55,146 bases of DNA, from contig JAJSAH010000018.1 in assembly GCA_024274875.1 (NCBI GenBank), forward strand, positions 1-55,146, read 5' to 3'. A program made the translations under genes and the position numbers. Below are positions 19,079 to 27,651 of this stretch, piece by piece. This DNA comes from an archaeon (GTDB lineage Archaea > Micrarchaeota > Micrarchaeia > CAILAH01). Under the pieces are notes generated by a model. The model made no database searches, was not told the DNA's origin, and saw only the letters and a program-made list of their open reading frames with translations. Position 1 is the first letter of the stretch; each line of letters opens with the position of its first letter.

Positions 19079-20080
19079 ATGAAAGCCATCGAGTTGGTTA
19101 TGAAACGGGCTGTTGGTGCTGAAAAAAGAATTGTCTTCCCTGAAGGGTCTGACATTCGAATTATAGCCGCTGCAAGAAGATCTCTTGATAAAAAAATTGC
19201 TAAACCAATTCTTATAGGGAATGAAAAAACTATTATAAAGAATGCTAAAAATGCAGGGGTAGGATTAAAAGGGATTGAAATTGTTGATCCAGTAAGGAGC
19301 GATAAAATATATGAATACGCTAAGTTGTACTCTAAGATTACCAAAACCCCTGTAAAAACATCTAAACTAATCGCTCGCCAGCCAATATTTTATTCTGCGC
19401 TTGCTCTCAAAAACGGAGATGCTGACGGAATGATTGGCGGCTTAGTGTACACATCAGGAGATTTCATATCCGTATGCAAAGGCGTTGTGGGATTAAAAAG
19501 AGGCATTTCTGTTCCATCGAGCTATTTCATAATGGATGTCCCAGGATATGATGGCGGCGAGAATGGCGCTTTGCTGTACGCAGATGCATCAGTCAACCCT
19601 AACCCTACTGCGAAAGAACTCGCTGACATCGCGGTTACCACTGGTTATACTGCAATCAACCTACTTAAATGGAAACCGCGCATAGCTATGTTATCTTTTT
19701 CAACAAAGGGCAGCGCTGTGCACCCGGATGTTGAGAAAGTTGTAAATGCAACGCAGATTGCTATAAAAAAAGCAAGGAATATGAATATTGATGGAGAATT
19801 GCAAGCTGATGCTGCGCTCATCAAATCAACTGCAAAAAAGAAGATTAAGGGAAATTTAGGTTGCGTTGCCGGAAAAGCTAACATACTCATATTCCCGGAT
19901 TTAGATGCAGGAAATATTGCGTATAAGCTTACGCAGATTCTCGCCGGCGCGCATGCATACGGCCCAATACTGCAGGGATTCTCAAAACCTGTAAGCGATC
20001 TATCGCGCGGTGCAAAAGTTGATGATATACTGGGCGTTATCGCAATTGTGTGTGTTATTGCGAAGGAGATGAAAAAATGA
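19079..20080 (+). CDS. pta: Phosphate acetyltransferase
   Basis: IVFPEG, AMLSFSTKGS, DGELQADAA, FPDLDAGNIAYK and DLSRG motifs. Confidence 0.95.
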   Translation: MKAIELVMKRAVGAEKRIVFPEGSDIRIIAAARRSLDKKIAKPILIGNEKTIIKNAKNAGVGLKGIEIVDPVRSDKIYEYAKLYSKITKTPVKTSKLIARQPIFYSALALKNGDADGMIGGLVYTSGDFISVCKGVVGLKRGISVPSSYFIMDVPGYDGGENGALLYADASVNPNPTAKELADIAVTTGYTAINLLKWKPRIAMLSFSTKGSAVHPDVEKVVNATQIAIKKARNMNIDGELQADAALIKSTAKKKIKGNLGCVAGKANILIFPDLDAGNIAYKLTQILAGAHAYGPILQGFSKPVSDLSRGAKVDDILGVIAIVCVIAKEMKK

Positions 20081-21258
20081 AAACCATTCTCGTACTGAAC
20101 TGCGGGAGCTCATCAATCAAGTATAAATTATTCAACTCAAAAATGCGCGTGGTTGTTCACGGATTGGTGGAGAAGATAGGTGAGGAGGGTTCGAGAATCC
20201 TGCATTGGAAAGGGATTAAGCGCATGGCAGTCAACATTAATATAAACAATCACAAACAAGGGATACAGGAGTTGCTGAAAATTATTTTAAATAAGGAATG
20301 GGGCGGCATTAAAAATATTAGCGATATATCAATTGTCGGGCATAGAGTTGTTCACGGCGGTGAGATGTCAAAAACTGTGTTTGCATCCAAAAAAACGCTC
20401 AACAGAGTTAAAAAATACGAAGCGCTCGCCCCATTGCATAACCCCCATAATCTTACAGGCATAAAAGAATGCATGAGAATTATGCGAGGCACGCCTCAAG
20501 CAATGGTATTTGATACTGCATTTCATCAAACGATGCCCAAGAAAGCATTTATGTATGGCCTGCCATACGAGTATTATGCGCAGCTAGGCATAAGAAAGTA
20601 TGGATTCCATGGAACTTCGCACAAGTATGTATATGAGCAGGTGCGAAAACTGCTCAGAAAACGCAAATGCAATGTGATCACATGCCATCTCGGCGCAGGG
20701 TCGAGCATCACAGCGATTAAGAAAGGCATCTCGGTAGATACAAGCATGGGACTGACTCCGCTTGAAGGAGTCATGATGGCTACGCGCACTGGAGATCTTG
20801 ATCCTGCCATTGTTCAGCATTTAATTCGCAATTGCAAAATGAGCATCGATGAAATATTTTATGTTATGAATCATAAAAGCGGGCTGCTTGGCATATCAGG
20901 AGTGAGCAGGGATGTAAGAGTTATTGAGGAAAAAGCTAAGAAAGGCAACAAAAGATGCAAATTATCGTTGCAGATGTTTTCATACAGAGTTGCCAAATAC
21001 ATCGCTGCATATTCTGCTGTTCTTGGAGATGTCGATGCGATCGCATTTGCCGGAGGAATAGGAGAGAATGATTGGAAGATTAGAGAAGATATCTGTAAAT
21101 ACCTAAATATTATCGGGGTAAAAATAGACCGCACTAAAAATAAAAAATCAAAAACGCTTATCAGCGCAAAAAATTCAAAAATTAAGGTGTTTGCAATCCA
21201 TACTGATGAAGAAGTTATGATTGCAAAAGAAGCGTTAAATGCATTAAGGAAAAGGTGA
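20077..21258 (+). CDS. ackA: Acetate kinase
   Basis: LNCGSSS, GHRVVHGG, APLHNP, FDTAFH, YGFHGTSH, TPLEG, GGIGEN and TDEE motifs; ATGA overlap with the pta stop. Confidence 0.96.
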   Translation: MKTILVLNCGSSSIKYKLFNSKMRVVVHGLVEKIGEEGSRILHWKGIKRMAVNININNHKQGIQELLKIILNKEWGGIKNISDISIVGHRVVHGGEMSKTVFASKKTLNRVKKYEALAPLHNPHNLTGIKECMRIMRGTPQAMVFDTAFHQTMPKKAFMYGLPYEYYAQLGIRKYGFHGTSHKYVYEQVRKLLRKRKCNVITCHLGAGSSITAIKKGISVDTSMGLTPLEGVMMATRTGDLDPAIVQHLIRNCKMSIDEIFYVMNHKSGLLGISGVSRDVRVIEEKAKKGNKRCKLSLQMFSYRVAKYIAAYSAVLGDVDAIAFAGGIGENDWKIREDICKYLNIIGVKIDRTKNKKSKTLISAKNSKIKVFAIHTDEEVMIAKEALNALRKR

Positions 21259-21262
21259 ATAT

Positions 21263-21619
21263 GTGAACATTGCAAATATAGGAATAGATGTTGTTGATAT
21301 TGAAAGGACAAAAAGAATACTTGCATCTAAAACAGGCAGTAATTTTATCGCGAGCACATACACTAAAAATGAGATCGAGTACTGCAATGGATGCCCGGTA
21401 AAATTGTCAGGGCATTTTGCGGTTAAAGAGGCAGTTTACAAAGCACTTGGAACTGGATGGATTAACGGGCGCGAAGTAGAAGTGCTGCACGGGAAGGATG
21501 GAGTTCCAATAGTTAAACTGCATGGAAAAACAAAAAAAATCGCAAAAAACAAAAAAATCAGCGCAAGCATCGCGTATGCAAGCGAAATTGCAATCGCAGC
21601 AGTTGTCATTTACGAGTAA
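21263..21619 (+). CDS. acpS: Holo-[acyl-carrier-protein] synthase (AcpS-type PPTase)
   Basis: 118 aa; IGIDVV and FAVKEAVYKALGTG motifs, G.P motif. Confidence 0.92.
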   Translation: MNIANIGIDVVDIERTKRILASKTGSNFIASTYTKNEIEYCNGCPVKLSGHFAVKEAVYKALGTGWINGREVEVLHGKDGVPIVKLHGKTKKIAKNKKISASIAYASEIAIAAVVIYE

Positions 21620-21848
21620 GCTTCTTTTTTATGTATGCAATCGCCTGGCCCACAGTCTTGTTGCGGTTGGCATCTTGAGAAGGAACCTTTATGCCAAACT
21701 CATTCTCAGTGGCAGCTATTAATGCGATTATATCCATGGACTTTGCATTTAAATCCTCTACAAACCTCGTGTTATTTTTTATTGCTGACGGCTTGACTCT
21801 GAATATGTCTGAGACAATGCTTTTGAACCTATCCTCGATGCTTTTCAT
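21606..21848 (-). CDS. acpP: Acyl carrier protein (basic variant)
   Basis: 80 aa, colinear with E. coli AcpP (IEDR..., FVEDLNAKSMD, ENEFGI.VP, TVGQAIAYI); Ser37 at the phosphopantetheine position. Confidence 0.9.
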   Translation of the reverse strand: MKSIEDRFKSIVSDIFRVKPSAIKNNTRFVEDLNAKSMDIIALIAATENEFGIKVPSQDANRNKTVGQAIAYIKKKLTRK

Positions 21849-22250
21849 TCATTTCACAACCCTGAACAAGACAACATTGATGCCTGCTTTCTTCGATACT
21901 TTTGCTCTAACTTTTGCTGGAAGATTTTCATTGCCCTCCTTGATTTTCTCAGGAGTCGATGCATCCAATCCTTCAATCATCGTAAGGAATGTTGGGCCCT
22001 CCTCCAACTCAACCAAACCGTATGCATACGGAGAATACTTTGCAAACTTCTTTGGAGGAAGTATGCTCGTTGAATAGTAATGCACTATGCCTTTTCCTGA
22101 AATTTTCTTATAAGATATATTCCTGCTACCGCATTCCCTGCATGCTGCCACGGGAGGAAAGGTCCATTTCCCGCAATCCTTACAATGCGCGCCAAGTATC
22201 TTGCCTTTTGCAAGATTTCCATAAAACATTTTTGCGATTTTATCAACCAT
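21849..22250 (-). CDS. DUF35 Zn-ribbon/OB-fold protein (thiolase partner, acyl-CoA binding)
   Basis: CKDC...FPP...CREC ribbon followed by the OB fold G.VHYYS...PYAYGLVELEEGP. Confidence 0.92.
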   Translation of the reverse strand: MVDKIAKMFYGNLAKGKILGAHCKDCGKWTFPPVAACRECGSRNISYKKISGKGIVHYYSTSILPPKKFAKYSPYAYGLVELEEGPTFLTMIEGLDASTPEKIKEGNENLPAKVRAKVSKKAGINVVLFRVVK

Positions 22251-22254
22251 GCAA

Positions 22255-23523
22255 TCACCTCTTTTTAAACACAGTTACAGCAGTTTGCATGCCATACCCA
22301 TGGTTATGCTGAGCAGCAACCTTAATTTCCTTTTTAACCTGCCGCCTTCCTGCTTCACCTCTCATTTGCTTCACGATTTCATATGTTTCTGCTCCTGGAG
22401 ATGCAGCAAACGCATGACCCTTGCCGTGCCTGCCTCCTGAAGTATTCATCGGCTTGTCATGGTTGTACAATGTACGGTCCTCCAAGAACGCCTTCCATGC
22501 CTCGCCTTTCTTGAAGTATCCAGCAATTTCTGAAAGTATTAACTGATAGATCTGCATGCAGTCATGCACAGATAAATAATCTAAATTCTTTCCGCTCACT
22601 TTCGCCATCCTGTACGCATTCTTGAATGCAACCTTGTCAATGAACCAATTTGTCGGGTCCTTGTCATGCCATGGGTAATTGCTCGCTGACCAATGGAACC
22701 CGATTATGTCAATAGGCTGATCACTGAACTTGCGGGCTTTATCCGGTCTTGTAACTATGTATGCTGATGCGCCATCAGCAGTGTTAAGAGCGCTTAACAA
22801 TCTTGTAGGGTATGCAAAGAAAGGATTATTCCTTGATTTCCAATAATCATACGTTGTCCTAAAACGCTTTCTTTTAGATGATTTCTCCAAACTCTCAGTC
22901 ACGAATGCTTTAGGATTAAGCGATGAATGCTTCCTTACCGCCTTATGCACATGATACATCACCCTATCCATTTCATCCAATGGAATATTATTCTTCCGCG
23001 CATAACCTAATGTTGGTATTGCGCCGTAGGCAGTTGCAATGTCATAGCAATGATGGTATGCATAAATCTGATCCACGCCAAAATCAGTCCAATACCATAA
23101 CTGCTGCGGCCCGATGGCTTTCCTCTCAACAGGGTTGTCATTGGGATATGATGACAGAATCTCAGCGCCAGCCACCAATACTGTATCAAATTTTCCGGAA
23201 GATACTGCCATAGCAGCCAAACCCAACCCTGTATTTAATGTTGAGCATGCAGTTGCAAAATGCAACCCAGGTTTAAGATTAAGCCCAAGCCAATCAGCAA
23301 GCTGTGTATGATGGCTGTACACATGAGAACTATGGCTGAGCATGCTTCCTATGTAAAATGCGTCTATGTCCTTCCCTGTCATGCCTGCATCATCCATCGC
23401 TTCAAACGCCGCCTCAGCAATAAGCTCGTGGAATGTTTTTCCCTTAAGCTCAGGAGTTTTAAGAACGCTCCCAAACTTAGTGCATCCCACACCTACAATA
23501 GATCCTTTGGGTTTTGCGGTCAA
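22255..23523 (-). CDS. Thiolase (archaeal/SCP2-type acetyl-CoA C-acyltransferase)
   Basis: GVGCTKFG, Cys93 (TACST), DGASA, HDC, NTSGG..GKGH and HNHG motifs; TTG start with AGGTGA SD. Confidence 0.9.
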   Translation of the reverse strand: MTAKPKGSIVGVGCTKFGSVLKTPELKGKTFHELIAEAAFEAMDDAGMTGKDIDAFYIGSMLSHSSHVYSHHTQLADWLGLNLKPGLHFATACSTLNTGLGLAAMAVSSGKFDTVLVAGAEILSSYPNDNPVERKAIGPQQLWYWTDFGVDQIYAYHHCYDIATAYGAIPTLGYARKNNIPLDEMDRVMYHVHKAVRKHSSLNPKAFVTESLEKSSKRKRFRTTYDYWKSRNNPFFAYPTRLLSALNTADGASAYIVTRPDKARKFSDQPIDIIGFHWSASNYPWHDKDPTNWFIDKVAFKNAYRMAKVSGKNLDYLSVHDCMQIYQLILSEIAGYFKKGEAWKAFLEDRTLYNHDKPMNTSGGRHGKGHAFAASPGAETYEIVKQMRGEAGRRQVKKEIKVAAQHNHGYGMQTAVTVFKKR

Positions 23524-23586
23524 ATCATCACCTACTAAGAACTCAGGGATAAAATTTAAATTACTTGCTGAACTGAAGGATTAGAA

Positions 23587-24114
23587 TTAATATGCATATT
23601 CTTCTTTTTCACCGGAACGTTTATTAGAGTATCTCGAAAGTATGAACAATAAATCAGACAATCTGTTAAGATACTTCAATTCTGTTAAGAACTTCCCCTC
23701 ATTCTCATATAACAAAGATATGATGCGCTCTGCCCTCCTGCAAACTGCCCTCGAAACATGCAAAAACGCAGCAAGCCGCGTTCCGCTGGGCAGTATGAAT
23801 GAATTAAGTCCAGGGAGATCGCCCGCATACTTGTCTATTTGATTTTCAATGTATGAGATGCGGTTTTCATCTATGCTCTCGTCCGAGCCGGCCACATGCC
23901 CCGCAACCTTATACAAATCCTGCTGAACCTCTTTTAACAAACTATTCAACTGATAATCTTCCTCGCAGTGAGCCCTGCACACACCTATGAATGAACTTAA
24001 CTCATCAAGCGTTCCACAGGCACCAACTAATGGAGATTTCTTCTTTATCCTGCCACCGCTGAATATAGAAGTTTCGCCATAATCACCTAATCCTGTATAA
24101 ATCTTATCACTCAT
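23587..24114 (-). CDS. pduO: ATP:cob(I)alamin adenosyltransferase (PduO type)
   Basis: KIYTGLGDYGET, GTLDEL, FILPSG, CRRAER and YLNRLSDLLF motifs. Confidence 0.93.
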   Translation of the reverse strand: MSDKIYTGLGDYGETSIFSGGRIKKKSPLVGACGTLDELSSFIGVCRAHCEEDYQLNSLLKEVQQDLYKVAGHVAGSDESIDENRISYIENQIDKYAGDLPGLNSFILPSGTRLAAFLHVSRAVCRRAERIISLLYENEGKFLTELKYLNRLSDLLFILSRYSNKRSGEKEEYAY

Positions 24115-24145
24115 GCATAAATTAAGCCGAATATAATATATAAAA

Positions 24146-24430
24146 TTATATCTTTGAATAACCTCTTTTTAACCTATTTTCAGGCCTGTTAAGAATCCGT
24201 CTTCCATAAACCACGCATGCAGAATTATCTGGCAGTTTGAACTTGAACACTTGTCCATCCTTAGGCACTTTTTTTATTGAGCTGTCTTCCGCTCTGAGAA
24301 TTAATACATTGCGCGTCTCATCAATTACCTCGCCCTTCAGTCCTACATGGGGCTTTGAACGCGAACCACTTACAACCTCAACCTGCAAACCGATTAACTC
24401 ATGAACAATGATATTGCGTTCAGTGATCAT
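24146..24430 (-). CDS. rnp1: Ribonuclease P protein component 1 (Rpp29)
   Basis: HELIGL, G.VIDETRN and RPENRLK motifs; canonical position after SUI1. Confidence 0.92.
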   Translation of the reverse strand: MITERNIIVHELIGLQVEVVSGSRSKPHVGLKGEVIDETRNVLILRAEDSSIKKVPKDGQVFKFKLPDNSACVVYGRRILNRPENRLKRGYSKI

Positions 24431-24450
24431 AGTACACGCCAAGCGAAAAA

Positions 24451-24756
24451 TTACCTTATGAAGATGTCAGTTTCCTTAAACCCTAGTTTAATGAGCGCAT
24501 TCTTTGCATCATCCTTGCGGTTCCCCTGCAGCATAATCCGCCCATCCTTATGCGTGCCGCCAGTTGACAGCATATGCTTCAGCTCCTTTGCAATTTTGGA
24601 AATTTCCTTATCATCTAAACCGTCAACAATAGTAACTAATTTTCCAAAACGCTTTTTATCTACATAAATAGTTATCCTGTGAGGCTCCTCCTTCTCAAGA
24701 GCCTCGCATACGCAGATATCCTGCGGCAGACCACATTTAGGACAAATGCCAGCCAT
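24451..24756 (-). CDS. Translation initiation factor aIF1 (SUI1/YciH)
   Basis: CPKCGLPQDICVC, RFGKLVT, GGTHK and LQG motifs. Confidence 0.93.
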   Translation of the reverse strand: MAGICPKCGLPQDICVCEALEKEEPHRITIYVDKKRFGKLVTIVDGLDDKEISKIAKELKHMLSTGGTHKDGRIMLQGNRKDDAKNALIKLGFKETDIFIR

Positions 24757-24758
24757 CT

Positions 24759-24962
24759 TTACGATACACCTCTTTCCCTGAGGACTGTTAAAAGCCTTGC
24801 AATAGCCTTCCTCAATTCTTTTATGCGGCCAGTATTTATATTCTTTCCGCCGCGCCTGGATGTTGAGTTCTCCTTGACAAGTTCAGCCCTTAATTGATAT
24901 ATGCGCTCCTTTATCATCCTGTCATCCATATCACGAATTTCATTGATTTTCAGCACAGCCAT
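24759..24962 (-). CDS. rpl29: 50S ribosomal protein L29
   Basis: NTGRIKELRKAIARLLT; operon position. Confidence 0.95.
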   Translation of the reverse strand: MAVLKINEIRDMDDRMIKERIYQLRAELVKENSTSRRGGKNINTGRIKELRKAIARLLTVLRERGVS

Positions 24963-25784
24963 TTAATCACCTTTGCTTTTCTTTTTCTTCTTGGCAGTTT
25001 TCTTCTTGCTCGCTGATTTCTTCTTCCTTGTTCCTTTCTTTGCCTTGCTCGTTTTTTCAGTTTTGGGTTCAGCATCGCTCTTCGTCTTAGATCTTCTGGA
25101 TTCAGAAGATTCATCTGGTTTTGGCTCTTTGCGTTCTGCTGGTTTCTGCTCTTTCATTGCTTGATCCAAAACAGGTTCTACTTCACTTTCAGAAATCTCA
25201 ACCTTCTTATCTGGGAACTCCACATCTGGAGGAGCGATGCTCACAAGAACGCCAATAGCGCCCGCTTTTGGGTATGCGGTCACATGCGCGCGCTTCACCC
25301 ACCTCGCAGGCTCGCCGGCCTTTGGGAGATAACCTGCCATGGCCCTAAATGTGCGCGCCCTGCCGCCTTTAGCCGCCAATTTGCCGCTTATAACTATCTC
25401 GCACCCAACTGCACCTGCATCCATAATTGATTTTATCATGAAATGCATCATCCTGCGCGGGTTCTTGCCCATCTCAATCAATCTTCTCAGCTTATCAGCA
25501 ATCACCTGCGGCTCAAGGTTGGGCGATGACACCGCAGATATGTTAATCTTTGGATTATCTATTCCAAACTCTTTCTTAAGTCTCTCAGTAATTTCATTTA
25601 TCGTTCTTCCCTTTCTGCCTATCACTCTTCCAGGATTAGTAACTTCCGCAGTGATCAGAGTAATCAAGGGGGTTTTCTGTATAGTTAGGTTGGAGAACCC
25701 TGCTCTCTGAAGCTGATTTTTCATAAAATCAGCTATCTTAAATCGCAATACGGAATCTTCTATAAACTTCCTTTCAACAGTCAT
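24963..25784 (-). CDS. rps3: 30S ribosomal protein S3 with Lys-rich tail
   Basis: KH domain PGRVIGRKG; GCEIVISGKL. Confidence 0.96.
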   Translation of the reverse strand: MTVERKFIEDSVLRFKIADFMKNQLQRAGFSNLTIQKTPLITLITAEVTNPGRVIGRKGRTINEITERLKKEFGIDNPKINISAVSSPNLEPQVIADKLRRLIEMGKNPRRMMHFMIKSIMDAGAVGCEIVISGKLAAKGGRARTFRAMAGYLPKAGEPARWVKRAHVTAYPKAGAIGVLVSIAPPDVEFPDKKVEISESEVEPVLDQAMKEQKPAERKEPKPDESSESRRSKTKSDAEPKTEKTSKAKKGTRKKKSASKKKTAKKKKKSKGD

Positions 25785-25787
25785 TCA

Positions 25788-26462
25788 TTACACCTTCTTC
25801 TTTGATTCTTTGAGCTTTTTAGATTTGGGAACATGCTTGCTTTTTTCCTTTGGCTTTGACTCCTGTTTCTCAGCGGATTTCTTCGCAGGTAATCTTTCTT
25901 TTGCAACATCGTCCGCCTTCTTCGCCTCCACAGAGGGTTGTTTCTGCTTATTAGATTCAACTGCCTTCTCTTTCTTTTTCTTCTTTTCTGGCAAGCTAAC
26001 TTCTGCAATCTTGCGAGGTTCGCCTTTCAAAACAATCTCTACACGAGCTGTCTCATAATCCCATCGCATCCTTCTTCCTTTTGGAGCAAGTCTCGGAAAC
26101 ATGCTCTGCTTATTCGCCGCCGCGTGAACAACCACCAAGGTATCCTCTTCAAGCTGTTTAACGCGAGCATTATTGATTGCGTTTGCAAGCACCCTCTTCA
26201 CAATCCTAACCGCCTTTACAGGATACCTGCCTTTCTTACCACCTAACTGCCTTCTATGCCCAAGCTTCTTGTTATGTCTTCGATATTCAATGGGAATCTC
26301 CATGCGCTCAGCCTTGCCTAAAAGAGCCATCGCATCATTTACTGGTTTGTTCCGTATATTCCTGCATACTTCGCACAAATCCTTGTAAGATGCATCTAAA
26401 TCATACCGCTGCGCACGCGCAAACTCTTCGCCAGCTTTGCCAAATGAATATCTCATGTGCAT
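25788..26462 (-). CDS. rpl22: 50S ribosomal protein L22 with long Lys/Glu tail
   Basis: GRYPVKA and LANAINNA motifs; operon position. Confidence 0.95.
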   Translation of the reverse strand: MHMRYSFGKAGEEFARAQRYDLDASYKDLCEVCRNIRNKPVNDAMALLGKAERMEIPIEYRRHNKKLGHRRQLGGKKGRYPVKAVRIVKRVLANAINNARVKQLEEDTLVVVHAAANKQSMFPRLAPKGRRMRWDYETARVEIVLKGEPRKIAEVSLPEKKKKKEKAVESNKQKQPSVEAKKADDVAKERLPAKKSAEKQESKPKEKSKHVPKSKKLKESKKKV

Positions 26463-26480
26463 ACCTTATCACCAACTAAC

Positions 26481-26879
26481 CTACTTCAACGGAACAAATT
26501 TGCTTCCTCTCGTCGCGCCAACACCAGGTCCTGAATGTTGCACCCTCTTTGTTGTGTGCGCGAAATCGCCTAACCTTCTTCCAACCATCAACGGAGATAT
26601 CTGAACATTAACGAACTCTTTGCCGTTATGAACTCCAAACTTCAACCCAATCCAACTGGGCAAAATGACCGCTTCGCGCACATGTGTCTTTATTACGCCA
26701 CCCTTTCCAGAAGATTTAACTTTCTTAACCTTCTCGACAAGTTTGCGATATGAGACATTCTCAGATATGCGTTTGTATGATCTGCGCGCGCGGGATTTTG
26801 CATATTTTGATATAAACTCTTCATCGCCAAGCTCAGATAATTGTTCTGAATCTTTTCCATATATGTCAATCTTAGCCAT
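26481..26879 (-). CDS. rps19: 30S ribosomal protein S19
   Basis: KTHVRE, VHNGKEF and GVGATRGSKFVPLK motifs. Confidence 0.97.
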   Translation of the reverse strand: MAKIDIYGKDSEQLSELGDEEFISKYAKSRARRSYKRISENVSYRKLVEKVKKVKSSGKGGVIKTHVREAVILPSWIGLKFGVHNGKEFVNVQISPLMVGRRLGDFAHTTKRVQHSGPGVGATRGSKFVPLK

Positions 26880-26883
26880 TCAT

Positions 26884-27639
26884 TCACCTCTTTTTCTCCT
26901 TGAGCCTCTGCTTAAGCGAGGTCTTTCTACCAGTAGTGCGAGCGGCAATATGGCCAACTTTCTGGCCAGCCGGCGCGTTGCGCGCAACAGCTGTCCCCCT
27001 TCCACTGTGATGCTGTTTGCCTCCAAATGGATGGTCAACCGCATTCATTGCCACGCCTCTCACCTTTGGCCACAGTTTGTTCCTCGCGCGCATCTTATAG
27101 TACGCAACGCCAGCTTTCATAAGCGGGAGCTCTTCCCTGCCCCCCATTGAAAGGCATCCCAACTGCGCCCTGCATTTTGGATTAATTGTGACAGTCCTTT
27201 TAGATGGCAATCTTACATGCACGCCATCCTCATCTTTGGAGCGAATGTATGCTATGCCCCCTGAAGAACGCACGAGCTTGCCTCCATCACCAGGCCGCAA
27301 CTCAATGTTGAATACAGGAGCTCCCTCTGGAATGCTCGAAAGCGGGAGCACACTGCCTAAAGTGGGAGATGCATTAATGCCTTCTTCAATCCTATCGCCT
27401 ATCTTAATCCCCTCTGGAGCAAAGTATACGCGCACTTCATTATTTTCAAATAATACTTTCATCAATATTGCTGAATGAAGAGGATGCCTAAGCAATTCAA
27501 CAACTTCACCAATTATGCGGCTCCTCTTCTCCTTCGCATCGAAAGACCTATAAGCAACCTTGTAAACATACTTATGCGAGGGCGCAATATACCTCGGAGA
27601 CCCCCTTCCACGCCTTTGCGATATTAACCGTTTACCCAT
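26884..27639 (-). CDS. rpl2: 50S ribosomal protein L2
   Basis: MGKRLISQRRGRG and RGVAMNAVDHPFGG motifs. Confidence 0.98.
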   Translation of the reverse strand: MGKRLISQRRGRGSPRYIAPSHKYVYKVAYRSFDAKEKRSRIIGEVVELLRHPLHSAILMKVLFENNEVRVYFAPEGIKIGDRIEEGINASPTLGSVLPLSSIPEGAPVFNIELRPGDGGKLVRSSGGIAYIRSKDEDGVHVRLPSKRTVTINPKCRAQLGCLSMGGREELPLMKAGVAYYKMRARNKLWPKVRGVAMNAVDHPFGGKQHHSGRGTAVARNAPAGQKVGHIAARTTGRKTSLKQRLKEKKR

Positions 27640-27651
27640 TAAATCCCCTCA

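Noticed and set aside
21849-23523. Thiolase/DUF35 read as the PhlBC (DAPG) cluster or the standard mevalonate operon
   Set aside because: No PhlA/HMG-CoA synthase or type III PKS is in the window; the third gene is an ACP.
19079-23523. ACP locus read as bacterial contamination
   Set aside because: It is contiguous with archaeal ribosomal genes and uses the same GGTGA-type SD and TATA-like signals. Read mapping would still be needed to exclude a chimera fully.
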